DNA of 63,885 nucleotides, filler included, from Lenisia limosa (Eukaryota; Protista; Breviatea), in NCBI GenBank assembly GCA_001655205.1. It is 12 parts of 12 records of this genome, joined end to end, with 100 filler letters (N's around TTAATTAATTAA, not from the genome) between each part and the next. Parts side by side here need not be neighbours in the genome. Positions count along the whole stretch, not along the records: positions 49,106 to 52,169 come from LPNZ01010034.1; positions 52,270 to 55,106 come from LPNZ01008448.1; positions 55,207 to 59,790 come from LPNZ01004706.1; 9 more parts are not named here. One strand, 5' to 3'. The position numbers and the translations under genes were made by a program. The notes under the pieces were generated by a model that saw nothing but the letters and a program-made list of their open reading frames with translations, ran no database searches and was not told where the DNA came from. Of this stretch, positions 49,941-59,890 are shown one piece after another. Numbering within the stretch: position 1 is the first letter of the stretch; every line of letters starts with the position of its first letter.

Positions 49941-51257
49941 TAATAGTATTAATAGTATGCTATATATGATATAGTATATCATACATATAAATCGCCAGTG
50001 AACCTCCCTAAACCACTTATACTTCTGATTACTTAGCAGCATTTTGGACGTACACATATATATGTCATCTTGAAAAGTGAACCTCTCATATTTCTGATGG
50101 TAGATCAATAAGCTCACCCGACAGCGTTTTTTTTTTCATTTATATTTTTTGAATCAACTGTTTTCGTTTGTAAAAGACTGAACTGGAAGTTTTGCCATAT
50201 ATTTCTTCCCACACCCCCTTTCCCTCCGCAGTGTACTTCAGAATGCTAACCCCCAGCTTTCTCCTTTGTCAAAGACCAAATTAGATGATCATANNNNNNN
50301 NNNNNNNNNNNNNNNNNNNNNNNNNNNNNNNNNNNNNNNNNNNNNNNNNNNNNNNNNNNNNNNNNNNNNNNNNNNNNNNNNNNNNNNNNNNNNNNNNNNN
50401 NNNNNNNNNNNNNNNNNNNNNNNNNNNNNNNNNNNNNNNNNNNNNNNNNNNNNNNNNNNNNNGAGTCTTCTTGAGAGAGGCTCTGCGCTAGATGAGGAGG
50501 TTGTTGGGAAGGTATTTTAGTATATTGGAAGAAGAAGTGGTATGGTTGGGGTGGGGGGGATGTTGAAGTAAAAAAAAACAATATATACGTATATCGATAT
50601 ATCAAAAAAAAATATTATTTTGGCNNNNNNNNNNNNNNNNNNNNNNNNNNNNNNNNNNNNNNNNNNNGTTTTGCGTTTTATCCGCATAGTACTGAAGGTG
50701 AATGTAGTTTTTAGGAAGAGAGATTTACTAATACCAAGGCTGTTGAAGTCTATTCTCCGGCGGCTTGCTGGTGACTTAGATATACAGCGTGACCGCACAT
50801 AATTATTCTCAGCAGTTCGATAAAGTTTCTGCTGGAATTGCGCGAATTCCGAAGGAGAATTTGAACATATTATACAACGGTCCCAGGGGCAAGAAAACAA
50901 AGAGCCTAAAATGTTACTTCAAAAAGGCCACAAATCGTCGATATCGTTTTTCATTGGTCCAGTTAATATAGAAACCCTCAACATCATAAAGTTATCCCAT
51001 TGGAGGAACATTTTCCACTGTTTAGTAATGTGATTGCTATCATCAATGACTGTATATTTAGTGAATTACATAAGTAATGGCAAAAAGTATTTTTTATTAT
51101 AACTTTTCGCAAAAATTGTCTTTTTTTCTCAACAGTGTGTCATTTCATTGGAATTTGAAATATTTTTTATTCTATTTTTGCACAGATTTAAATAATATAA
51201 AAAAAACACCATTTGTAAAACCGTGTAAAATTAGTAATACATAAAACGACGAAAATT

Positions 51258-51876
51258 CTAGTACTTACCCTTGGTGTCGATGACAGCTTGACAACGTCTT
51301 GGCATGAGTCAATAAGGTTTCTTATCTCTTTTGAGGTGATTTCAAACCAAGCAGATTGCAGCTTTTCCATTATATCTGATTCAGAAGTGGGTTTAACAGA
51401 AGAAGCACTGGAGTTTGTCATCAAGGAGTTGCCACGCATGCTCAATGGGGTTAAGGTCAGGACTTTGGGCGGGTCAGTCAAGTAACGTGTAAGGTGCATC
51501 GTTGAAGTAATCAGACAGATATAAAATGAATAAATCGTTTGAAAACAGGTAAAATAAAGCTGTACTCAATTAAAACTAACCTTAGCGATGTGATTTGGGT
51601 CATTGTCCTGTTGAAAGATGGCGTTCCTAAGGTTGAGGTGCAGCATATCTGAAGAAAATGGTCAAGATTATAAAAGTTCAAAACAAACTAACCCCAAATC
51701 TACATACGGTTTAATGTTACATTCCATTAGAAATAAAGAGAAGATTAAATATTCAACAAAAACATTCTGTCATCCATCACCTAACACCCCCTCGAAAGAA
51801 GGCCTAACTTGTCAATGAAGGATATTGCGGATGTAGTATTCTTTGTTCATAATGCCTTTTACTTGGTACAACTTTA
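51258..51876 (-). pseudogene. Tc1/mariner (Tc1-type DDE) transposase C-terminal relic
   Basis: VKGIMNKEYYIRNIL, IFQQDNDPNHIAK, LD*PAQSPDLNPIEHAW (Trp codon mutated to TGA), then after frameshifts EKLQSAWFEITSKEIRNLIDS/MPRRCQAVIDTKGKY*. These are classic Tc1 motifs with stops and frameshifts. Confidence 0.92.
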
Positions 51877-52023
51877 CTGGGATGCGATGCAACAGAAGCG
51901 ACTGCTCTGGGCTTTTTTTTGTTTGATTGTTATCAACCTTCGTGTGTTGTCATCCAACAGTTGATTTTGGACTCTTTTTTTCCCCCATAAATTTTCCAAT
52001 TTTACTCCCCCCTCCCCCCGCAG
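51877..52023 (+). repeat. Family B repeat ending at an acceptor, adjacent to the Tc1 relic
   Basis: gggatgcgatgcaacagaagcgac...cataaattttccaattttactccccctccccccgcAG. Confidence 0.88.
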
Positions 52024-52129
52024 ATCATGTTCGAGAATCAGATTGCTAAGCCTGAACATGATGCCATTGAAAGCGCCTTGTACTACCGTACCGTTTCCAT
52101 CATAAAACAAAAATACGAAATTAACTCCA
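52024..52129 (+). CDS. Isolated exon of an unknown gene
   Basis: Acceptor at the end of a family-B repeat; IMFENQIAKPEHDAIESALYYRTVSIIKQKYEINSN followed by a GTGGGGG donor. Confidence 0.45.
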
Positions 52130-52416
52130 ATGTGGGGGGGGGGGCAAAAATACGAAATTAAATACAATGNNNNNNNNNNNNNNNNNNNNNNNNNNNNNNN
52201 NNNNNNNNNNNNNTTAATTAATTAANNNNNNNNNNNNNNNNNNNNNNNNNNNNNNNNNNNNNNNNNNNNATTGCGCTAAAATAACTAAAATATCGGAGAA
52301 CATATCCGTTTTGGGTGTTAAACTTGGGTGGAAATAATAGAATAAACCATTTTCCATTTACAAAATGATTTTGCGATAAATAGTTAAAAATATCAGCGTA
52401 ATGATAGATCGTTCAC

Positions 52417-54241
52417 CTTGGAGTGGAAAGAGGCACCGGTGACATGGGGGTTCGGGTTATCAACGTTGACACCTCCGGTGGTGATGAAGAGGTCACAAGN
52501 NNNNNNNNNNNNNNNNNNNNNNNNNNNNNNNNNNNNNNNNNNNNNNNNNNNNNNNNNNNNNNNNNNNNNNNNNNNNNNNNNNNNNNNNNNNNNNNNNNNN
52601 NNNNNNNNNNNNNNNNNNNNNNNNNNNNNNNNNNNNNNNNNNNNNNNNNNNCTCTGCTGTTTGTTTTAATTCCCATTTCACCACTTGTTAAATAATCCTA
52701 CCTTGGGAGTAAGGAGGTCCTTGGATTGAACCACGCGGCCTGCACGTTGAGCTTCACCAATACTGGGGTGTAAAATCGGAAATTTTATGAAACATGAAAA
52801 GCCCAAATCAACCCTGTTGGCTGACAACACATGAGGGTTGAGAACAACAAAACACACAAAGCCCAGGCCTGTCGCTTCCGCAGCACCGCATCCCATTATG
52901 AGGGGGGGGGGGGNNNNNNNNNNNNNNNNNNNNNNNNNNNNNNNNNNNNNNNNNNNNNNNNNNNNNNNNNNNNNNNNNNNNNNNNNNNNNNNNNNNNNNN
53001 NNNNNNNNNNNNNNNNNNNNNNNNNNNNNNNNNNNNNNNNNNNNNNNNNNCAACAACTAAAAAAGACAAGCAACAACAAATCCCCTCCCGTACCGCTTGA
53101 CATCGGGAGTGGGGTTGGCGCGGTTGGGCAGTTCGTTGCGGCGGAAGCCTCCTGATACGGACTCCTGTGGGGTGAGTGGTGGGGTCATAGAACATCAGTT
53201 ACACCAGCCGCGAAAAGTCCTGATACGATTGACTAAAGATAAATCTATTATCACAGTCCACTCTACCACTTTGAAAATGAGTGACACGATTGACTTTAAA
53301 GATAAAAATATCTGAGGCAGGGCTTTTATGCCACTTTGAAATATTCTTATATTTTCAAGATTTATTTCATATCTACTTCTTGCTCTCAAAAAGAAAAGGA
53401 GTTACCTCAACCCCGGGCCATACCTTCTGGTGGTCACGGCAGTCGGCAGTCATGTTCACCTCTCCCTTGATGTCGCGACCGGAGGTTCCAATTCCGCCTC
53501 TGGGAGGGGGGGGGNNNNNNNNNNNNNNNNNNNNNNNNNNNNNNNNNNNNNNNNNNNNNNNNNNNNNNNNNNNNNNNNNNNNNNNNNNNNNNNNNNNNNN
53601 NNNNNNNNNNNNNNNNNNNNNNNNNNNNNNNNNNNNNNNNNNNNNNNNNNNNNNNNNNNNNNNNNNNNNNNGATGGTGGAGAGGCAGAGGAGGACCTGGG
53701 GCATGTTGTTGCCGTCCCACAAATCGACGGTCATGAAGTTGTACTAGTAATGTGAGGGAAGGGGTAGGAATGAAGTTGGTCCGAGAAAAAAAGATATAAA
53801 AAAAAACCAATCAGATTATCATCAAAAGCAATAGTTCACTGGCGGATATTTTTACTTGCCCAATGATCACGATGCTACCCTAGATGACATTAGCTCCTCC
53901 TACATGGTCGGGAACACCGAGGGACCTGGCTCCGGCAATGAAGGAAGCAATACGCTCCATGCACTAAGGAAAGTGAAGGAAACTCGAGGCGGAAGAGCAA
54001 ACCATGAAGGGCATCTTTCCCTTGGCGATCTTGCTAACTGTTCCTGGCTTGAGTTTGTTGAGAAGCTCACAGAGCTTCATTCCTGAAAAAAAAAAAGATT
54101 AGACCGATTTCTCTCAAACAAAGCCCAACCATCCTTGATATCTTCTTGCATGTGGCTCTCGGTGAGCCAGTTGTACTTTTCGCCAACAACTCCGCCGAAC
54201 CAAGCGGCAACCTCCTTTGAGACAGTTGAATTCCAAGACAT
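52417..54241 (-). CDS. Calponin-homology domain protein (transgelin/calponin-like CH), 3' truncated
   Basis: MSWNSTVSKEVAAWF...DIKDG|MKLCELLNKLKPGTVSKIAKGKMPFM|CMERIASFIAGARSLGVPDH|YNFMTVDLWDGNNMPQVLLCL, a typical CH domain across in-phase exons, followed by further exons. Confidence 0.9.
52763..52900 (-). repeat. Family B repeat ending at an acceptor of the CH-domain gene
   Basis: ataatgggatgcggtgctgcggaagcgacaggcctgggc...ttttacaccccAG. Confidence 0.9.
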
Positions 54242-54460
54242 TCTTTAAGGTTTTAAGTAATACAACTTACAGAATGGAAAATCAAAATTAATGGCAATCA
54301 TAAAAAGCCCGATAAATTTGCGAAATTTATCGATATATTAAGACGTGTGTATTTTTGTTTTTCGTGCTGGGTGAGGCCTCTTCAATATGATAATATTGTT
54401 ATTATTTTGTATGTTGTAATAAATTGAGAGTGAGAAAGGCAGTTCTATTCTTTGAGGACA

Positions 54461-55045
54461 ATGATCTTCTTGATTCTCTTTTCTATAGCTGCCGCATTTG
54501 TCTCTTTCGTAGTATCATGGAAGCTATTCACCGTGTATGCCAATAAGGACAAGCTTCCTGCCGCCTATTCGGTTTCCATTCTCGTCAGCTGGTCGATTTC
54601 CTTTTTTGCCTTGATCCTGGCGCCTTTTGATCTGGCTTCGGTGGGAGGAGGGCTAGATTGGGTTACAGGGATGGAAGATATGGATGATTGAGAGAAGTGG
54701 GTCTTAATTGCTTCCACTAATGGAAATACCAAGAATTTTTATGAATCCATATTGGGAAGTAGTTTGACGGTGTTGAAGGATGTTTCTTCAAAACAATATT
54801 TCAAATTTTGCTGAAAGTTTTCTTCAAAACAGTGTTTGCTCTTAGTGCTGGTTTATCATACCACTTGTGAAGATGCTGGGGAGTCATTTTTGGGATCATC
54901 GGGACCATCACGCTACCCAGGCCCTAGCCGAAGGATGCGAGCATGGTGAGGCGTGTAACGAGTCCACAACGAAGCTCTTCGACTTTGATACGTTGTCGCT
55001 TCTATGGCACGTTATTTACTGGGGCTCTTTCCTTCTTTGCTGGTG
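54461..55045 (+). CDS. LMBR1-family membrane protein (LMBRD2-like), first two exons
   Basis: Exon 54461-54640 (hydrophobic, ...VSWSISFFALILAPFDLAS) and 54873-~55042 (...LSLLWHVIYWGSFLLCW). These match the LMBRD2 motifs ILPLD and W.VVYW.S..L.W. Cut by the linker at 55151. Confidence 0.8.
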
Positions 55046-55419
55046 GGTGGGGCGGACTCACATGTTATATTACATCCACAATCCCCCTTGGATTGTATTC
55101 TTGTATNNNNNNNNNNNNNNNNNNNNNNNNNNNNNNNNNNNNNNNNNNNNTTAATTAATTAANNNNNNNNNNNNNNNNNNNNNNNNNNNNNNNNNNNNNN
55201 NNNNNNCCGCATCCCATCATCAATGCTAATCACAAACTAAACAAAAAAACAACTGTAAAATGTGTAGCTGTTAACTTTGGGTCAGCACCCCATTTCAGAC
55301 TCCTATAATTAAAAGTGTTACCCCTAATGTTTAATGTTGGTTATAGGTATTCCTAAAATTATGGCGGATTCGGCTGCAACCTAAGTGAAGTGAACTGAAG
55401 AACTAGTACCCCCCACAGG

Positions 55420-58400
55420 AGGTAAGTTGATGTTGAGGGGAGACGTTCCGATAGTGGATACCGCGGCTGCGACAACCTCCAGTTTTAGGGCTATTTTGTG
55501 AGGGGGTGGAATGGGCAAATTCATGAATCAAAAATGCCCATACGGGAGATTGGCACAAAGTGCGGAAGTGTATGGTAGAAAGGGAAGTAGGGTTGTTGGT
55601 GAGTTAAAGATCTTGGGAGGATAATAAAAGATCCTTAGAGATAATAAAAGAAGGAGTATTCAGTTTTAGAGCTCTGTATAGCCGTAAGGGGTCAGTACTA
55701 GGGCGAATTGTGGCAAGAAGATTATATTTAGTAACCGCAAAGTCAAACCAGTTTTGAGGGTGCGATCCACGCCCTTCGCAAGAGGCACCAAATGAACAAG
55801 CTGAAATGTCATATTATGGGGAATATGAAGTGAAATCATATCACTGCTTGGGAAATTACACGTGTGAAAATTACCCCAAAAAGGTACAAACATACAATAT
55901 AATTCCCAGGAACGCCCACCTCAATCATGGCACTGTAAACGTACTCATTTCCCTTCATTGTTTTCCTCATGCGGCATTGCGCTGAATGTGTTAAGGGAAG
56001 GGCTTCACGTCGGTTCAAAAAAGACTGAATTTCTCGATAAATCCTCGAAAACTATCGAGAAGTGAAGCCCTAGATATGTTGGAGAAATGACAAATCAGCA
56101 GCAGACGTCCACGCTCTCACACTTATAAGAAAAGATACAGTTGCCTTCACTATGAATAGAAAACCATAGACTCCTTTTCCCTTCCTCAACAAAATTATCC
56201 TGTGTCACCCCCCCCCCCCATACAAACAGCTTCCTGAATCGCGATTTTCCAGGTGTACAAGTTCAGGCAAGACGTCTCATCAAACACCAGGGACCAGTTT
56301 TCGCCATCAGGGAGCCCACACGGGGCAGAACTCACGTCGTTGACAGAAATCTTGGTGACTGGATGGAGGTGATTTCAATATTGATATGGCAGAAATGACA
56401 GAAATGTGAAAAATAATAAGATGAAAATCTCTTCACTGGATATAGGTGATTTCAATGACAATGTGACAGAAATGAATCATTCTGAATCCATCCACGCTTT
56501 AAAAACAAAACAAAAGACTACAATGCAACTTATTAGGACTGTTTTGGAACCAAAAAGCGAAATTACTTATCCAGTCAATATCGATTTGCCCCCCCCCCCA
56601 ACCTGAGGNNNNNNNNNNNNNNNNNNNNNNNNNNNNNNNNNNNNNNNNNNNNNNNNNNNNNNNNNNNNNNNNNNNNNNNNNNNNNNNNNNNNNNNNNNNN
56701 NNNNNNAAATTGTGAGAGGAGATTGATTATAAATCAATAAAAACAGTCTTTGTTTCTCTCTTTTGTGAAGAGACAACAGATAATATGACAAGTGTTTGTT
56801 TCATAAAGATTATGATTTACAGGATCTTACAGTCATATATGGGGGTATCTCAACCAGAAACTTTCAACCAAGAGTCAGAACACCCTTCCCTCAGATTATA
56901 ACAGAATACCACAGACACACACCATGTAAAAAATGTTATCCTCCCATCCCCACGTTAGTTGAATATCGCTGTTATACCCCCGTTAGAATATCGCTGTTAA
57001 TAACGCCGCGCCCCCACGTTAGAATATCGTTGTTAATAACGCCTTTCTCGACCGAGACCTTCACAGAAAGAGACACCGGATCCGGCTCGGAGGGAATGCA
57101 GGATCCTGGGGGGATAATAAAAGATCCTGGGGGGATACTGAATGATATGGTTCAATCAGGGAAATTTGTAAACCCCACATCGACTTGGGATTCTTGTGAA
57201 AACGTTGGAATTCCCATATTTTACATGATAATCACATGGTATTTGATTGAATATATGAAGTTATTTGTGGGATTCCCAAATAATAATATTGGAATCCCTA
57301 GTCAGCTCGCCTTAGTGTCTGTTTGAGGAGAATTTCCTTAAAATCACCATAAGCAACTGCACGGTCCCCTCCCATCCCACCACAAACACCCTTGTTACAG
57401 GGTTGCTGAGTGCTTGGCTTGTTTTGGTGGCATTTGCTGTCTTCAACTTCCTCCATTCCACTGTTCACACATTTCACCTGGGAAGAAATGAAAAATGGGA
57501 ATGCTAAATAGAGAACTGAAGAATTAACCCTTATTTGAAGACTACTTCAACAGGACCCTGACCCCCATCCACCCCCACACTATTCTGGTTTGAAGCTCAC
57601 CGTTTGGTTATGTGATACGGATTTTGAAAAGTGGTGGTAAATAATACTGAAAATACTGGGAAAATTGATGCCCTGACCCCATCCCTACAGTACCCCCACA
57701 CGCAGTATTCTGGTTTGAAGCCCCTCCTCACTCTTTTCCAACCTAAAACAGCCCCTAATAACCAAACATTCTCATCATCTCCGGCAAACAATTGCTCAAA
57801 CACCCCCAAATCACCATAACTAATTCTTTCCCAGCATGAAACAACATCTAATCACCAATACCCCCCTTTTCACCTCCCGCGCCCACATAACCCTTCGCAT
57901 CAAATAATCCCAACCCCGGACCGTTCGGGTTTGGAGGCCGTCGCCACACGGCTCGCTACAATCCGACCATGATGAGGGTCTCCACTGGTAGTATTCTATG
58001 GGGTTATATTGGTACTCTGGGGGGGGGATTTATGAAACAATAAAAAACCCAAAACAACGCTGATGGCTGACAACATACGAGGGTTGAGAACAACAAAACC
58101 AACAAAGCCCAGGCCAGTCACTTCTGCAGCACCGCATACCATCACTCCAGCGTACGGTGATATCATGAGTTGTCCCCATTCTCAATCAACATCTAATTCA
58201 ACCCATTTTCCATTGCCACCACTCCATGATCAATAGACTACTCACTCAACCAAATAAACAGTCCGTTGATATTAACAATCCATAAATAATAATCCAAATC
58301 NNNNNNNNNNNNNNNNNNNNNNNNNNNNNNNNNNNNNNNNNNNNNNNNNNNNNNNNNNNNNNNNNNNNNNNNNNNNNNNNNNNNNNNNNNNNNNNNNNNN

Positions 58401-59512
58401 NNNNNNNNNNNNNNNNNNNNNNNNNNNNNNNNNNNNNNNNNNNNNNNNNNNTTAGCAGCTGGCTTTGGCCCGTCTTCTGTGCATTTCTCGTCTGGAGAAA
58501 CCTGAGGAATTAATGCTATTTTGTTTTTATGGCACTACTCTTTTTTTTGCAGTAAAGTCTCAATTGAAACTAGCATCATAGAGATCCGGTTGACTAGTAC
58601 AACAAACGTTTTATACAATTTAGACAGTTTTATATAATAAAAAAAATTCCCGTTACTGACAACACTGACATGACTTTTCTGATATTATACAGAGCAACAT
58701 TTTGAACCATTTCATTTCAACTATTGTTAATTATTTCTTCAAAAAATCAATTGCACATAGCCCTAATCCCCCCACCTCTCCCTTGACTTTGCAGACGACG
58801 GTTCTGACCTGGGTGCCGCCACCGCACGGTACTGTGNNNNNNNNNNNNNNNNNNNNNNNNNNNNNNNNNNNNNNNNNNNNNNNNNNNNNNNNNNNNNNNN
58901 NNNNNCCATTCCACACTCGCTGCAAGAGAGGTATATTAGTTTGGAAACAAACACAAATAAACTCTGCTGTTTACATGTGTGAATTTATTTGGAAACAAAT
59001 ATGAATCAACTCCCTCGCTGCAAGAGAAGTGAATGGATTAGTGAGGCAACAATACACAAACTCTGCTTTGTGTGTGTGGGGAACTTGAATATTGCTGATG
59101 CCCAAGTATCACTTGTACCCCCAGTTCTATACCAGTTCTATACCCCCCTCCTCCACTATCCTCCTATTTTTACCCCCCCCCCCCTCACCGCAGTCGCCAA
59201 GGTCACATGGTTTGTGGAGGAGAGGGCCGGGTTGAGGACATCTGCTTTGCGATACCTTCGGAAGTGAATGAAAACGAAGGAGTTCAGTTCAGTTCAGTTC
59301 AGTTCAGTTCAGTTCAGTTTATTATATAAGAAAACAATTGTTCAATAGATTTTGAAAAAAAAATAGAAGACGGTTCAGTTTATTTCATCTGAACAATTAC
59401 AGAATCTCAAGGACCCACCCCCTTTCTCCCACCTGTCTGCCCGAGTCGTCGTAACATTTGGCAGTCCTCGATTGCTGGCCAGGTCCGCAGGAACTACTGC
59501 AGACGGTCCAAT
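55420..59512 (-). CDS. Thrombospondin type-1 repeat (ADAMTS-type TSP1) extracellular protein, partial
   Basis: Exons DWTVCSSSCGPGQQSRTAKC, RCPQPGPLLHKPCDLGDC, VPCGGGTQVRTVVC, YQWRPSSWSDCSEPCGDGLQTRT|VKCVNSG...PSTQQPCNKG, followed by a Cys-containing non-TSP region. Confidence 0.85.
58017..58155 (-). repeat. Family B, full-length copy ending at an acceptor of the TSP1 gene
   Basis: GTACGCTGGAGTGATGG...CATAAATCCCCCCCCCAG, 139 bp, followed directly by the exon starting at 58016. Confidence 0.9.
59281..59318 (+). repeat. (AGTTC)n microsatellite
   Basis: About seven perfect AGTTC units. Confidence 0.95.
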
Positions 59513-59890
59513 CTGTTACTATCCAATTGTGCTCGGCTGGAGGAAGACGTTATTGGAAGGGCATCATTATATGCATGTATAGGTAGGAATAAATCTGGAA
59601 AAATTAAGAATAAAAAACACCACGAAAAACCCACTGTTAGTGTATTGTATTACATATTATATATATCATATGGCAATGATTAAAAAAAAAACTGACAAAA
59701 ATAAGATGACATCCATTTTCTTCATCCCCCTTATTAGGTTTCTTCATCCCCCATACTACAAGGCTTCTTTTGGCAGTCTCTGAGAGTCGANNNNNNNNNN
59801 NNNNNNNNNNNNNNNNNNNNNNNNNNNNNNNNNNTTAATTAATTAANNNNNNNNNNNNNNNNNNNNNNNNNNNNNNNNNNNNNNNNNNNN

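Noticed and set aside
51440-51480. TGA read as Trp (alternative genetic code) in W-PAQSPDL
   Set aside because: The same element has frameshifts, intact genes use TGG for Trp, and TGA appears as a stop (22730); this is pseudogene decay.
56796-57326. 176-aa plus-strand ORF
   Set aside because: Antisense to the TSP1 gene and composed of tandem repeats and family G.
58017-58155. Conserved long stem in family B (ctttgttgg / ccaacagag)
   Set aside because: Pairing relies on G-U and is broken in several copies; not supportable without covariation analysis.
59281-59318. (AGTTC)n as a telomeric repeat
   Set aside because: Short, internal to an intron, and lacks a G-rich strand.
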